50,179 nt of DNA from Myxococcota bacterium (GTDB lineage: Bacteria; Myxococcota_A; SURF-8; G963663525): positions 1-50,179 of the forward strand of contig CAXXVK010000017.1 of the NCBI GenBank assembly GCA_963676915.2, written 5' to 3'. Position 1 is the stretch's first letter, and the number at the start of each line of letters is the position of its first letter. Both the position numbers and the translations under genes were made by a program. A model generated the notes under the pieces. The model saw nothing but the letters and a program-made list of their open reading frames with translations. It had not been told where the DNA came from and did not search any database. Below are positions 18,108 to 28,627 of this stretch, piece by piece.

Positions 18108-20545
18108 ACGGCCGGTCAGGATTTGCCCGTAACGGTTTTACCCATCGATTTTTCCAAATATGGACGGTTCGAAGCGGACTTGTCGTGTTTTGGCTTGGAA
18201 TGTGTGTCTTTTTCGCACTGATGGCTGGTGCGAATACGGTACAGGCCGAAGAGGTCGAAAAACTGGCTGGTGTCCGAGTGATGGGCAACGAAAAAGTCGA
18301 AGCGGCCTCGATTCTGCGTGTCGTGTATTCCCGCAAAGGCCAGACGTATTCCGAAGAACAGGTCCGCAAGGATCTGCGCCGTGTCTACAAACTCGGATAT
18401 TTTACCGATATTCAGATATTCCGCGAAAAAACCGAAGAAGGCTGGCTACTTACGATGGTCGTCGAGGAGCGTTCTAGCATCAAGGACGTGCTGATCGAAG
18501 GCCAGGACGAGGTAAGCGAAGACGACATCCGAGAAGTGATCGATGTCAAGCCCTATTCCGTGCTTTCCCATGCCAAAATCGAACGAAACGTTGAGAAAAT
18601 CCGTAACGTTTATATCGATAAAGGTTTTTTCCTTGCCGAAGTGAGTTACAGAGTAGACGAACTGGAAGGCAAGCAGGCCAACGTCGTGTTCATCATCAAA
18701 GAACGCGCCAAGGTCGAGGTGAAAAAAGTCTTTATCGTAGGAAACGACAAAATCAAAGATGAAGATCTGGCGGAAATCATGCTCACGAAACCGGGGGATT
18801 TCCTCAGTTTCATGAACAATTCCGGGCAGTACCGGCAGGAGATCCTAGAACGCGACGCGTTTATGATCAATCAGTATTACGCTGACCGAGGCTATGTGGA
18901 AGTTAAAGTCGCCCAGCCGAAAGCCTATATTTCGGCGGATCAGCGGTATGTAACCGTAACCTTCAACGTCACCGAAGGGGAGTCGTTCGTTCTGGGTGAC
19001 GTGAAATTCTCGGGAGAGTTGATTTTCCCGCCTGCTCGAATGCGGGAACTGATGCGTCTGAACAAAGGCGATGTATTCAACCGTAGCGTTTTCATGAAAG
19101 ATATGGAGCGTATCGGAGATGCGTACAAAGATCTCGGTTTTGCTTTTACCAACATTACTCCGAGAACTCGCCTGGATCGCAAAAACCGAATCGTTCACGT
19201 CGATTTCATGGTCCAAAAGGGAGAAAAGGTTTACGTCGAACGCATTTACGTCACAGGAAACACCAGCACCCGCGACAAAGTCATCCGCCGTGAAATGCGC
19301 ATCGATGAAGGCGACCTCTACAGCTCGACGGCGATCAAGCGTTCCAAGGGAAAAATTTACCAGTTGGGATTCTTCGAAACCGTCGAAATTCACGAGCATC
19401 CCGGTTCCGAAGACAACAAAATAGAACTTGAGATCGAAGTCAAGGAGCGTCGTACCGGGTCATTCCAGGTCGGTTTCGGCTTTTCTTCTTTGGAAAGCTT
19501 CATGTTCCAGGCCCAGATCTCTCAGAATAACCTGATGGGACGCGGCCAGACCTTGCAATTGAATGCAATGATCGGCGGTCGTCAGAAGCAGGTGCAATTC
19601 CGCTTTATCGAACCGTATTTCCTGGATTCCAGGTTTTCACTGGATGTAAGTCTTTACAACCAGGAAACAATTTATCCGAGGCAGGGAGAATTCGGCGATT
19701 ATTCCACCGGAACGTGGGGTATGGGGCTGACGTCAGGCTATCCCATCTCGGACGATTTTACGGTGTTTTTGGGCTATACCTTGAAACGAGAAAACCTTTA
19801 TGTCGGCGACAACGTACACCTGCATCTCTTCAAAAGCGGGTTTACATCGTCGCTTACAGGTACCATCCAGTACGACTCTCGTGACAACCGCCTGTTCCCG
19901 ACACGAGGCATTTTGTCCTATTTCAGTACGGAAGTGGCGGACGATTGGACCGGTTCGGAGATCGAGTACCTGGAATTCTTCACGTTGTGGCAGTATTTCC
20001 GGCCAGTATTCTGGAAAGTCATTTTCAAACTGAACATGGAAATGGGTTACGTGATTTCGCTCGAAGAGCCGGTGGCGGATATTCGTGGCGAAAAGGACTT
20101 CCCCGGTGTGCCGGTTTCTCAGCGCTATTTCATGGGCGGTATTTATTCCGTACGCGGTTTCCAGTATGGAACGATTTCACCCACAACCGAGGTTATTTCC
20201 CAGTCCGACCCCGTCGGCTCGCCGGTCAAATACCGACTTGGCGGCAACAAAAAATTCATGACCAACTGGGAGCTTGAGTTCCCGGTCATCGAACAGGCCG
20301 GAATTCGTTGGGTCTTTTTCTTCGACGCCGGAAACGTGTGGAAAGAGGATCAACAGTTCTTCTATCTCGGTCAGTCCGGGCAGAACGAATGGGATCTTCC
20401 ACTTGGTCTTTACATGAGTTGGGGTTGGGGATTCCGCTGGTATTCCCCGATCGGTCCTCTACGATTCGAGTGGGGTTGTCCGATCACCAAACGACCCGAA
20501 GACAACCGCATCGAATTCGAGTTTTCCATTGGAAACCAGTTCTAA
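18104..20545 (+). CDS. bamA: Outer membrane protein assembly factor BamA
   Basis: POTRA repeats (GNxKV, GNTSTRDKVIRRE), VRGF loop motif, YSPIGPLRFEW and C-terminal ...FEFSIGNQF. Confidence 0.96.
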   Translation: MNGRSGFARNGFTHRFFQIWTVRSGLVVFWLGMCVFFALMAGANTVQAEEVEKLAGVRVMGNEKVEAASILRVVYSRKGQTYSEEQVRKDLRRVYKLGYFTDIQIFREKTEEGWLLTMVVEERSSIKDVLIEGQDEVSEDDIREVIDVKPYSVLSHAKIERNVEKIRNVYIDKGFFLAEVSYRVDELEGKQANVVFIIKERAKVEVKKVFIVGNDKIKDEDLAEIMLTKPGDFLSFMNNSGQYRQEILERDAFMINQYYADRGYVEVKVAQPKAYISADQRYVTVTFNVTEGESFVLGDVKFSGELIFPPARMRELMRLNKGDVFNRSVFMKDMERIGDAYKDLGFAFTNITPRTRLDRKNRIVHVDFMVQKGEKVYVERIYVTGNTSTRDKVIRREMRIDEGDLYSSTAIKRSKGKIYQLGFFETVEIHEHPGSEDNKIELEIEVKERRTGSFQVGFGFSSLESFMFQAQISQNNLMGRGQTLQLNAMIGGRQKQVQFRFIEPYFLDSRFSLDVSLYNQETIYPRQGEFGDYSTGTWGMGLTSGYPISDDFTVFLGYTLKRENLYVGDNVHLHLFKSGFTSSLTGTIQYDSRDNRLFPTRGILSYFSTEVADDWTGSEIEYLEFFTLWQYFRPVFWKVIFKLNMEMGYVISLEEPVADIRGEKDFPGVPVSQRYFMGGIYSVRGFQYGTISPTTEVISQSDPVGSPVKYRLGGNKKFMTNWELEFPVIEQAGIRWVFFFDAGNVWKEDQQFFYLGQSGQNEWDLPLGLYMSWGWGFRWYSPIGPLRFEWGCPITKRPEDNRIEFEFSIGNQF

Positions 20546-20591
20546 CGAGGCACGCGTGAACGGATACGAAAAGCATCGAATCGTCGAAATC

Positions 20592-21425
20592 ATGAGCCGT
20601 TTAGCGGTGCTGGCGATCCTCCTGTTCGGATTGGTTGCCTGCCAGCCGGATTACTACATCGACACCGAGACCGTGGAATGGGTCGGCATCGACGGCGGTG
20701 TGGTCTACGGTCCGAAAGGTTCTCGCATCATCGTTCCGGTCGAGGCTGTACCGCAACCGGTGCGCCTGGTGATGGATGAAGTTTCTGCCGAAGAACTCCC
20801 CGATCTTATTGATGAAAACGGAGATGCGCTTCCGAGGATTTCCATGGGCTTGTGGTTGGCTCCCGAAGGCTTGCATTTTGAACGCAACATCGAAGTCGGT
20901 ATGCGATACATCGGTGAAGATATGACCGAGGAAATGCAGCAACGCACGATTCGGGTTTTCGAGACGCCACATAATGTCGCTGAATGGAAAGAGTTGGAAA
21001 CCACCGTGGACGTGAAATCGAAAATGGTGCGTTTCGAAGTCGATCACTTCGGTGTATTTTCCGTTTTTCGGGTGGAGGCAGAGGAAGACGACACCAACGA
21101 TGAAACTCCGGTTCACGATCCCTGTGTCTGTATCAGCGATGCTGCCGAATTCTGCCCGGATGCCGGGACAGCGATCGGTGGATTGGAACGCATTGAAATC
21201 AAGGACCGTTCGGACGAAACCTGCTCCATGAATCTTCTTTTATGGCAGGAAAATCAAGAAGATGCGAACGTTCTTCGTGTGGTTCCCTGCGATGTCGTCT
21301 CGACGTATTTTTATGCGCCGGACGCTACGGAATGCGCGTTGAGCTGGGATGAAAATACAGGAAATTTCCAGGTGAATTGCGGAGGAGATCGGATCGATTC
21401 GTATTCAATCGCCTCCTGTAACTAA
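20592..21425 (+). CDS. Hypothetical lipoprotein (ZU5-like N-terminal region, Cys-rich C-terminus)
   Basis: Signal peptide with lipobox LVAC from ATG 20592; IDGGVV...IIVPVEAV...APEGLHF...VDHFGVF pattern. Confidence 0.6.
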   Translation: MSRLAVLAILLFGLVACQPDYYIDTETVEWVGIDGGVVYGPKGSRIIVPVEAVPQPVRLVMDEVSAEELPDLIDENGDALPRISMGLWLAPEGLHFERNIEVGMRYIGEDMTEEMQQRTIRVFETPHNVAEWKELETTVDVKSKMVRFEVDHFGVFSVFRVEAEEDDTNDETPVHDPCVCISDAAEFCPDAGTAIGGLERIEIKDRSDETCSMNLLLWQENQEDANVLRVVPCDVVSTYFYAPDATECALSWDENTGNFQVNCGGDRIDSYSIASCN

Positions 21426-21432
21426 GAATTAA

Positions 21433-21462
21433 TTGACAATTCGCCTCTCTGGCGGCTATTTT
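21433..21462 (+). promoter_or_regulatory. Candidate sigma70 promoter for yfgM-bamB
   Basis: TTGACA (21433-21438), 18 bp, TATTTT (21457-21462). Confidence 0.45.
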
Positions 21463-21522
21463 GCGTTGCTTGAGAAAATTGGGCGAACAAGTTCCCGACA
21501 GGACAATACAAAGGAGAAGGTT

Positions 21523-22344
21523 GTGGCAAGGGCTACCCGAAAATCTTCAAAAAAGCTGGATCGTAAAGAACTTAAAGGTCCGGACCTTTTTCAGACCCGT
21601 GGCGAACGGCTTCTGGAATGGATCATTGACCGTAAACGGCAAATTCTCGCGGCCTGCGTTGGCGTTGCCGTGATTTTCCTTGCAGTGACGGCCGTCAACT
21701 ACTATCTCGAGAGTCGACATGCTGCTGTTTCCCTCAAGTTCGCCCGGGCGCTCAACACCTTGGAAGCTCCGATTGTCGAAGAGGGCGAAACTCCGCCGGA
21801 AGGTACGGAGGAATATTACACCAGCGAAGATTTCCGAAACTCCGCTGCACTCGAAAAATTCGGCGAGTTGGCTTCCGAACACGAAGGCACGGGATTGGGT
21901 ACGATGTCCCAATTTTACCATGCCAATATGCTGTTTAAACTGAAACGTTATGACAAAGCCGTAGAAGGCTATAAAAAATTCCTGGATGAAGCATCCGGGG
22001 ACTTCGACGATATTCGTTTTCTGGCCGAATTCAATCTTGGTCAGGCGTACGAAGCAACGAAGCAGACTGCCGAAGCCGAAAAGCAGTACCGGAAACTCTA
22101 TGAAGACAAGGATTCCATCTGGAAAGAACAAGCCGGTTACCACCTGTCGCGTATGCTTCACAAGCAGGGCAAAACCGACGAAGCCATTTCGACGTTGGAA
22201 AAAGTTCTGGAAGAATATCCGGAATCCTCGTTGAAAACCCAGGCGGAAAAAATGATCGATTTCTGGAAATCTTCTGGACTCGCCGCCAACGAAGCTCCGA
22301 CACAAGAAAAAACCGAAAAGGTTGAGAAGAAAGAGGACAAGTAG
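21523..22344 (+). CDS. YfgM-like membrane-anchored TPR protein
   Basis: ELKGPDLF, one transmembrane segment, TPR repeats; directly upstream of a BamB-like gene. Start GTG 21523 follows AAGGAG. Confidence 0.75.
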   Translation: MARATRKSSKKLDRKELKGPDLFQTRGERLLEWIIDRKRQILAACVGVAVIFLAVTAVNYYLESRHAAVSLKFARALNTLEAPIVEEGETPPEGTEEYYTSEDFRNSAALEKFGELASEHEGTGLGTMSQFYHANMLFKLKRYDKAVEGYKKFLDEASGDFDDIRFLAEFNLGQAYEATKQTAEAEKQYRKLYEDKDSIWKEQAGYHLSRMLHKQGKTDEAISTLEKVLEEYPESSLKTQAEKMIDFWKSSGLAANEAPTQEKTEKVEKKEDK

Positions 22345-22386
22345 CCGGAATCATCCCCTATCCGTGGATGATCCGTCTCAGCGCCC

Positions 22387-23601
22387 ATGAAAACCCAACG
22401 CCGCCGTTATCGCTGGATCTTTTTTGCATGTTTTTTCATGCTTGTGGGTTGCTTATTGTCTTGCACCGGTCAGGAAAAGCGACCGGATGAGTTACGACCG
22501 ACCGTGATTTTCAAAGAGGGTCTGGATGTCGTAACACGTTGGCGCGTCCAACTGACCGATCGCCCCCCTATGGACAGTTCTCCCATTGAATACGGAACCG
22601 TTGGATTCGACGATCGATTCGTCTACGCCGCCAGTCGAGATCGGCTGCTGCACAAAGTTCGTCGAAGCAATGGGGATGTGGTTTGGAAAATTCCGTTATC
22701 GGAAGAGTTGATCGCCCGTCCCGTCGTGCACAAAGGAATGCTTTACGTCGGTACGGTAAGTGGAAATCTAGCGGCTTTCGATGCCCAGAGCGGTGCGGAG
22801 CGCTGGCGCTTCCAGACGGGAGATGCCATCATGGCGGCTCCGGTTGTGCATGACGGTATGGTTTATGTCGTCAATCAGAATGACAAGCTCATTGCTCTCG
22901 AAGCCGATACAGGTGCCTGGGTTTGGGAACATCGCGAAGAATACTACGGCAATATGTCCGTGCGACGGCATTCGGCGCCAGTGGTGGATGGGGATACCAT
23001 CTATGTAGGAAGCACCTCGGGACTGATTGCGGCGTTCGATAAAAACAATGGAAATGTTCTGTGGAAACGGGGACTTGCCGAAGCCGATCGCTTCAACGAT
23101 ATCGATTCCACTCCCATCGTGGCCGATGGACGGCTGTATACGGCCAGTTTCAACGGCTCTTTGTACTCTTTGAATGCGACAACGGGAAAACCTCTGTGGA
23201 AACATGAGCTTAAAGGTTCGTCGTCGATGTCGCTCGTAGAGGGACGCCTGTACGTCGGAGCGAGTGAATCCGGGTTGTATTGTCTCGACCTTCGAGACGG
23301 TTCTACCCTGTGGTACATGAAATTCGATACCGTTTTTCGCAATAAACCGGAGGGGGAAATCTCCAGGCCGGTGCCGTATCGAGATGCCTTCCTGGCTTTC
23401 ACAACGTCTGAGAATTCCTTGTATTTCGTGAATCATCACAAAAAGAAACTGATTGCGCGTTTCGCCACGGGAACGGGCATCAGCAGCGAACCGCTGGTAG
23501 CTGGAAACGACGTATATGTTCTTTCCAACGGCGGCTATTTGTATTCTCTGGCGTTAGGACGCAAGGGAACTCCCTACCGTAAAAAAAGCACGTCTCGCTA
23601 A
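22387..23601 (+). CDS. bamB: BamB-like PQQ-repeat beta-propeller lipoprotein
   Basis: Lipobox LLSC, repeated AxDxxxGxxxW motifs, DIDSTP; yfgM-bamB synteny. Confidence 0.75.
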   Translation: MKTQRRRYRWIFFACFFMLVGCLLSCTGQEKRPDELRPTVIFKEGLDVVTRWRVQLTDRPPMDSSPIEYGTVGFDDRFVYAASRDRLLHKVRRSNGDVVWKIPLSEELIARPVVHKGMLYVGTVSGNLAAFDAQSGAERWRFQTGDAIMAAPVVHDGMVYVVNQNDKLIALEADTGAWVWEHREEYYGNMSVRRHSAPVVDGDTIYVGSTSGLIAAFDKNNGNVLWKRGLAEADRFNDIDSTPIVADGRLYTASFNGSLYSLNATTGKPLWKHELKGSSSMSLVEGRLYVGASESGLYCLDLRDGSTLWYMKFDTVFRNKPEGEISRPVPYRDAFLAFTTSENSLYFVNHHKKKLIARFATGTGISSEPLVAGNDVYVLSNGGYLYSLALGRKGTPYRKKSTSR

Positions 23602-23732
23602 CTTCTCGTATTTCCTTGAAAACATCGCCATTCTTTCGAGTCCTTCAGAGGAAAATCTTGACTCTGCCTCTACCCCAAGGGTAGGATTAATTTCCAAATT
23701 TATGGATAATCGTAGACAAGGCAAGGTGTCGA

Positions 23733-25676
23733 ATGCGTGGATGCAGCGGATACGGTATTCTGGCGTTGGTTTTCGTACTTTTCTCATTGACCTTCGGATG
23801 TGGTTCCGAAAACCTCGCCCAAGAGGGACCGAACATTCATTTGAAATGGCGTGCGGCGGAAACTGTCGATCTAACCGCCTGTCCGGTAGCTGAAATTGAA
23901 ACCGGCGAGTTCGATAGTTATGATTCAGATGGACTGCCTTCCGATCTCGTAAGTCTGGAGTTTTCGCTCTACCCACGAGAAGGTGACCCGTTGGTGGTTT
24001 CCGTGAGGGTGGACAGTCAATGCGATGCGACCACCGAAACGGATTGTGTAGCACCTGGTGCGGGTGAGTATCGCCTTACGCAGGTTCCCACAGGCCAAAA
24101 CCAGAAACTGGAGATTCGCGGGTACGAATTTTCCGATGACAGCGAAAAAATCCTTGCTTGGAGCGGCTTCAACATGAACGTGGATGTCTGCGATCAAAGC
24201 GATCCGGAATCCTGTTCTTCCGAGCCGGTCGCGGTCGAAGTGTCCATGCATCGTGTTGGCAGCATCACCAAAGCATTCAATTGCATGGAAAACCGCACGT
24301 TTTTGCATCAAGCCACGAAACTTCGCAACGGAATGATTCTGATTACCGGTGGTGTTCAGCAAATCAACTCGAGTACAACAAGTTCCTGCGTGGGAAGCGT
24401 TCCTGGGTGCGATGAAATGACGGCGCATTCGAGAGTCTCGCTTTTCGATCCGGGCACCGGCGAATTCAAGGAAATGACGACCTTGCTAAAAGCGAGGGCA
24501 GGGCATGTCGCCGTAGAATTAAACGATGGTCGCGTGTTGATCGCCGGTGGAGCGTCGAAAGTTCATTTGCGATGGAATCTTGAGGGACAAGCCTATTTCG
24601 AGCCTCCGTCCGAGGGAATTCTGAAACACGCGGAAATTTACGATCCTGCCGGAGATGGATCGAATATTCTCGTGCAGGGAAGCGCCGATAGCCTCAATAT
24701 GATCGAAGCCCGCGCCTTCCACACGATCACCCAGATGGACGACGAGAAGAAAACCTTCATGATTGCTGGTGGTTTCGGTCAAAGCGCGAACGGCCTGGCC
24801 CGGTTATCTTCTATTGAAATTTTCCAATTGTTGATTCAGGAAACCAGCACGGGAAGCATTTCGATCACTCCCAGCTTCAACAAAGCCACCACAACGATGC
24901 GAGTCGGTCGAGCGTGGCATACGGCTACGAAGCTTTCGGATGACCGCGTGTTCATCTACGGTGGAGCCGATCCGAGCGCAGGGGAAGGCAATTTTCCCAT
25001 TGTCGAGATTTTCACCAACGGTGTAAGTGCGACGGAAGCATATTATCCTGGTGAAATTACAGCGAAAATTCTGGATGACGCAGACGGTGATACCGACGAT
25101 ACAACCGAAAATTCCGGTACGACAGGAAGCAATTCCGGGTTGCCGAACCTCTATCACCACGCGGCCATCGCTGTCGAAAGCGGCACGAAAGTGTTTATTA
25201 TGGGTGGTTTTCATAAGAACATGGACGATGGTGCGGAAGTCCTTACGAAGCCGATCAAAGAAGCGTTTCTTTTCGATATCACGAATGAAACCTATGAAAC
25301 GCTGACGCCGTTTTTTGCACGTGCCTTTACGACGCTTACGATGACTCCGAACGGCAACGTCGTGGTCATTGGTGGAGCATACGACGAAAACGATCTTCCA
25401 CAGGTCGATCAGACGCAGATTGTGGTTTACGATCCTTCGTTGACGGCGAGAGAGACGTTTGCAGGATTGAAGGACTATTCTCGTCAGGTGATCTCGATGG
25501 AACCTGCTAGAATGGGTCATACTGCCACCATGTTGGACGATGGTTCGATTTTCATCGTCGGTGGGGCTTCTCCTAGCGCGGAGCAAGGAAAACCTCAGAC
25601 AACCGATATTCGTTCCTCAGGCTTCCTCGTGCTTCCAAGACCGGATGCTTATGGAGAAGTGAGCGTCAACGATTGA
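23733..25676 (+). CDS. Kelch/galactose-oxidase-repeat lipoprotein
   Basis: Lipobox TFGC; repeated R..H.AT.L.DG.V.I.GG units. Confidence 0.75.
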   Translation: MRGCSGYGILALVFVLFSLTFGCGSENLAQEGPNIHLKWRAAETVDLTACPVAEIETGEFDSYDSDGLPSDLVSLEFSLYPREGDPLVVSVRVDSQCDATTETDCVAPGAGEYRLTQVPTGQNQKLEIRGYEFSDDSEKILAWSGFNMNVDVCDQSDPESCSSEPVAVEVSMHRVGSITKAFNCMENRTFLHQATKLRNGMILITGGVQQINSSTTSSCVGSVPGCDEMTAHSRVSLFDPGTGEFKEMTTLLKARAGHVAVELNDGRVLIAGGASKVHLRWNLEGQAYFEPPSEGILKHAEIYDPAGDGSNILVQGSADSLNMIEARAFHTITQMDDEKKTFMIAGGFGQSANGLARLSSIEIFQLLIQETSTGSISITPSFNKATTTMRVGRAWHTATKLSDDRVFIYGGADPSAGEGNFPIVEIFTNGVSATEAYYPGEITAKILDDADGDTDDTTENSGTTGSNSGLPNLYHHAAIAVESGTKVFIMGGFHKNMDDGAEVLTKPIKEAFLFDITNETYETLTPFFARAFTTLTMTPNGNVVVIGGAYDENDLPQVDQTQIVVYDPSLTARETFAGLKDYSRQVISMEPARMGHTATMLDDGSIFIVGGASPSAEQGKPQTTDIRSSGFLVLPRPDAYGEVSVND

Positions 25677-25760
25677 TACCTAGTGACTGAAAAGCAATGG
25701 AGTTTCAGTCAATTTAAAAGAGAATCGAATTCCGATTTTAACGATTCAGGAGCTTTAGCG

Positions 25761-26645
25761 ATGCGGATTTTCTCGAAAGCCAGCGCATGTTTTCTCATGC
25801 TTATTCTCGTGCTTGGATGGGGTTTTCCCCTGGAAGCGGCCAAAAAGAAAAACAAGAACTTCACTCCGAAAGAGGGCAGTGGAGGCATCGAAGCCCTGTT
25901 TCTTGGAAAAGTCACGAAGCGTTTCGTGGTCAATTCCAGTACGCCGCAGGTCTCGTTTGATCGTATCGCTAAAATCGAAAAAGCTGAAGTCGTCGTGGAT
26001 GAAGGGGGACGTTTTCCTTCCAACGATGTGCTTACCAAAGCAACCAAAACCGGGAAACCGTTGCATATCGTGATTCCATCCTATTTCCAAAACGGACACA
26101 AACGTCGGCTTGAAAAATTGCAGGATTTCACTTTGATCATTCGAGCTAATCGTAGCGGGTTAAGCAAAGAAGAGGCCATGCGGATTCGTTCTTTAGGTCC
26201 GTATCGAAAGGTTGTTGAAGTCGATGCCGATGATGTTTCGAAAAAATTTATCAAAAATTTCAAGCATTTAAAGCAGTTTGACCTGTATGTTCGCGTCAAA
26301 GACAAGCTGTCTTCGGGAACATTGAAATTGTTGAAGCGTGCGAAAGCCGGAAAAATCTGTTATCTGCTTCCAGAGAGTTTTTCAAGCAAACAGATGAAAA
26401 AACTAGCCAAGGGGCGTAACCGCGAGTTGTCGATTTCACTTTCGGGTAATTACATGGGAAAAACGATGACGCGGAAGTTGAAAAAATTGAAAAAAGTCAA
26501 TGTAGGTTTCGTTTTACCAGGTGTGCCGAACTCTGATGAGGCAGGTACGTTTATGAGCCTTTCAGGGATGGCTTATCTAACATTTACGGTCGGAGAACGA
26601 GTCCTTGACGAAGATTTCGTGTCGGTTGCCAATAGCGGTCTGTAA
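25761..26645 (+). CDS. Hypothetical exported Lys-rich protein
   Basis: Long ORF with a signal peptide from ATG 25761 after AGGAG; no family recognised. Confidence 0.6.
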   Translation: MRIFSKASACFLMLILVLGWGFPLEAAKKKNKNFTPKEGSGGIEALFLGKVTKRFVVNSSTPQVSFDRIAKIEKAEVVVDEGGRFPSNDVLTKATKTGKPLHIVIPSYFQNGHKRRLEKLQDFTLIIRANRSGLSKEEAMRIRSLGPYRKVVEVDADDVSKKFIKNFKHLKQFDLYVRVKDKLSSGTLKLLKRAKAGKICYLLPESFSSKQMKKLAKGRNRELSISLSGNYMGKTMTRKLKKLKKVNVGFVLPGVPNSDEAGTFMSLSGMAYLTFTVGERVLDEDFVSVANSGL

Positions 26646-26751
26646 CGTTGCGGGAAAATAAAAAGAAAGTGGCGGAATTTACGTTGTTTTTCTTGACACC
26701 CCAAGGTGCATCTGATAGTTATTCCGCTGCCTGAACGATTGAACCCCATGG

Positions 26752-26826
26752 AGGCACGTAGCTCAGTGGTAGAGCGCTATCTTGACGGGGTAGATGTCGA
26801 CGGTTCGAACCCGTCCGTGCCTACCA
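26752..26826 (+). tRNA. tRNA-Val(GAC)
   Basis: Acceptor stem AGGCACG/CGTGCCT, anticodon stem CTATC/GGTAG with loop TTGACGG, GGTTCGAAC T-arm, encoded CCA. Confidence 0.95.
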
Positions 26827-26831
26827 GGAAA

Positions 26832-26862
26832 GGGCTGCCGATAGGTCGGCAGCCCGTTTTTT
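26832..26862 (+). terminator. Rho-independent terminator after tRNA-Val
   Basis: GC-rich hairpin (GGGCTGCCGA...TCGGCAGCCC) followed by a T tract. Confidence 0.8.
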
Positions 26863-26890
26863 CTAAACTAGAATTCGCTCGGGGGTAGTG

Positions 26891-27406
26891 ATTAGCAGAA
26901 GAAAAGAAACAAGGGTAAATAATCAGATTCGTTGCCGAACGGTTCGGGTCATTTCCGAAACGGGAGAGCAATTGGGAGTGATGGATACGTTCCAGGCTCT
27001 CGAAAGCGCTCGGAACCGAGGCTTGGATTTGGTTGAAGTTTCTCCTGGAGCGGATCCTCCGGTTTGCCGTATCATGGATTACGGCAAATTCAAGTATCAG
27101 CAGAAAAAGCGAGCCCAGGAAGCGAAGAAGAAACAGACGTTCATTCAAGTCAAGGAAGTGAAACTTCGTCCCAAGACGGAAGAGCACGACTTGAAAGTGA
27201 AAATTAAACATGTGCTACGGTTCCTTGACGCCGGAAACAAAGCCAAAATTTCGGTAGTGTTCCGAGGTCGAGAACTGGCGCATACGCACCTGGGGCGGGA
27301 ACTCCTGATGAAGGTGCTAGAAGAAGTTGGAGATGTCGGTGTCGTGGAAAAAACACCCGGTATGGAAGGGCGAACCATGACGATGATTCTTTCTCCCAAA
27401 CAGTAA
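26891..27406 (+). CDS. infC: Translation initiation factor IF-3 (probable ATT start)
   Basis: [31 protein letters not shown]. An in-frame ATT at 26891 follows a GGGGG SD-like run. Confidence 0.96.
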   Translation: MSRRKETRVNNQIRCRTVRVISETGEQLGVMDTFQALESARNRGLDLVEVSPGADPPVCRIMDYGKFKYQQKKRAQEAKKKQTFIQVKEVKLRPKTEEHDLKVKIKHVLRFLDAGNKAKISVVFRGRELAHTHLGRELLMKVLEEVGDVGVVEKTPGMEGRTMTMILSPKQ

Positions 27407-27494
27407 TCACCAAGCGTTCGTGTGCCGAGAGGGGAGTGAGAAACTTTCGGAAACACTGCTCGATTCGCGAACCGAAGCTTTAAAGGAAAATACG

Positions 27495-27689
27495 ATGCCG
27501 AAAATCAAGACCAATCGAGCGGCAGCCAAACGCATTAAAAAACGCGCCAAGTCGTTCAAGCGAAAAAAAGCCAATTTGCGTCACATTTTGACCAAAAAGA
27601 CCACCAAGCGGAAACGCAACTTGCGTCAGAAAACCGAGTTGGACAAGACCAACACGAAGGAAGCCAAACGATTGTTGCCCAACCTGTAG
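27495..27689 (+). CDS. rpmI: 50S ribosomal protein L35
   Basis: [13 protein letters not shown]...[16 protein letters not shown]. Confidence 0.96.
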   Translation: MPKIKTNRAAAKRIKKRAKSFKRKKANLRHILTKKTTKRKRNLRQKTELDKTNTKEAKRLLPNL

Positions 27690-27779
27690 CGGGTGGCCGT
27701 TTATAGAGATTAAAGCGATGGCGGAGAATCGGCAAAGCGGTCGAATCTCCGTTGTTTAGGATACTTGTTGGAGGAAAAG

Positions 27780-28130
27780 ATGTCTCGGATCAAATACGGC
27801 AAAAACACACGACGTCGGCACAATAAAGTTCTCAAGCAAGCCAAAGGTTTCAGGGGAGCTGGTAGCCGATTATTTCGTACCGCAAAAGTTGCGGTAGACC
27901 GCGCGTTGTGGTATGCATATAGAGATCGTAAAGTACGGAAGAGGGATTTTAGGGCACTTTGGGTCCAGCGCATCAACGCGGCGGCCCGACAAAATGGCAC
28001 GACCTACAGTCGTTTTATCGGTGCTTTGAATAAACTCGGAGTCGGTGTTGATCGTAAAATATTGGCAGAACTGGCCATTTCCGATCCGCAGGCGTTCAGC
28101 AAACTGGTTGAGTTGTCGAAAACGGCTTGA
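27780..28130 (+). CDS. rplT: 50S ribosomal protein L20
   Basis: [41 protein letters not shown]. Confidence 0.97.
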   Translation: MSRIKYGKNTRRRHNKVLKQAKGFRGAGSRLFRTAKVAVDRALWYAYRDRKVRKRDFRALWVQRINAAARQNGTTYSRFIGALNKLGVGVDRKILAELAISDPQAFSKLVELSKTA

Positions 28131-28204
28131 TTTTTTTCGTTGCTGAAAAGCAGCGGTTCCCGTGGCTTTCTCCAAGAGAGAAAAAGGCGATGGCAGGAGG
28201 AACT

Positions 28205-28483
28205 ATGACCAAGGCGGAACTCGTCGAAACGGTGTATCAGAAAGTCGGACTTTCCAAAAAAGAGTCGGCGGAAATCGTCAACACACTGTTTGAGTTGATA
28301 AAAGAAACACTGGAACGCGGTGAAAAAATCAAAATTTCGGGTTTTGGTAACTTCGTTGTTCGCGAGAAGAAATCTCGCGTCGGGCGAAATCCACAAACCG
28401 GAGAAGAGATGGAAATCGCGGCAAGGCGGGTTTTGACGTTTCGTCCCAGTCAAGTTCTTAAGAACATGCTAAACCAGGGGTAA
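28205..28483 (+). CDS. ihfA: Integration host factor alpha subunit
   Basis: MTKAELVE, KISGFGNF, GRNPQTGE, ARRVLTFRPS; GGAGG SD before ATG 28205. Confidence 0.93.
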   Translation: MTKAELVETVYQKVGLSKKESAEIVNTLFELIKETLERGEKIKISGFGNFVVREKKSRVGRNPQTGEEMEIAARRVLTFRPSQVLKNMLNQG

Positions 28484-28627
28484 TCCGGGGAACGAAGCGG
28501 TTAGAAGACCTTTTGTAAAAATGCTGGTTGATTTTTCTTGCTTCCTCGCCTAGCATCCGATAAGTTCACCAGCGTTTGATTCAGGTCAACAATAACCTAT
28601 CTCATCATACCCGAGTCAAACAAAATA

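Noticed and set aside
131-28483. Numerous antisense and alternate-frame ORFs over core genes
   Set aside because: These are shadow ORFs of well-supported genes with no independent motifs.
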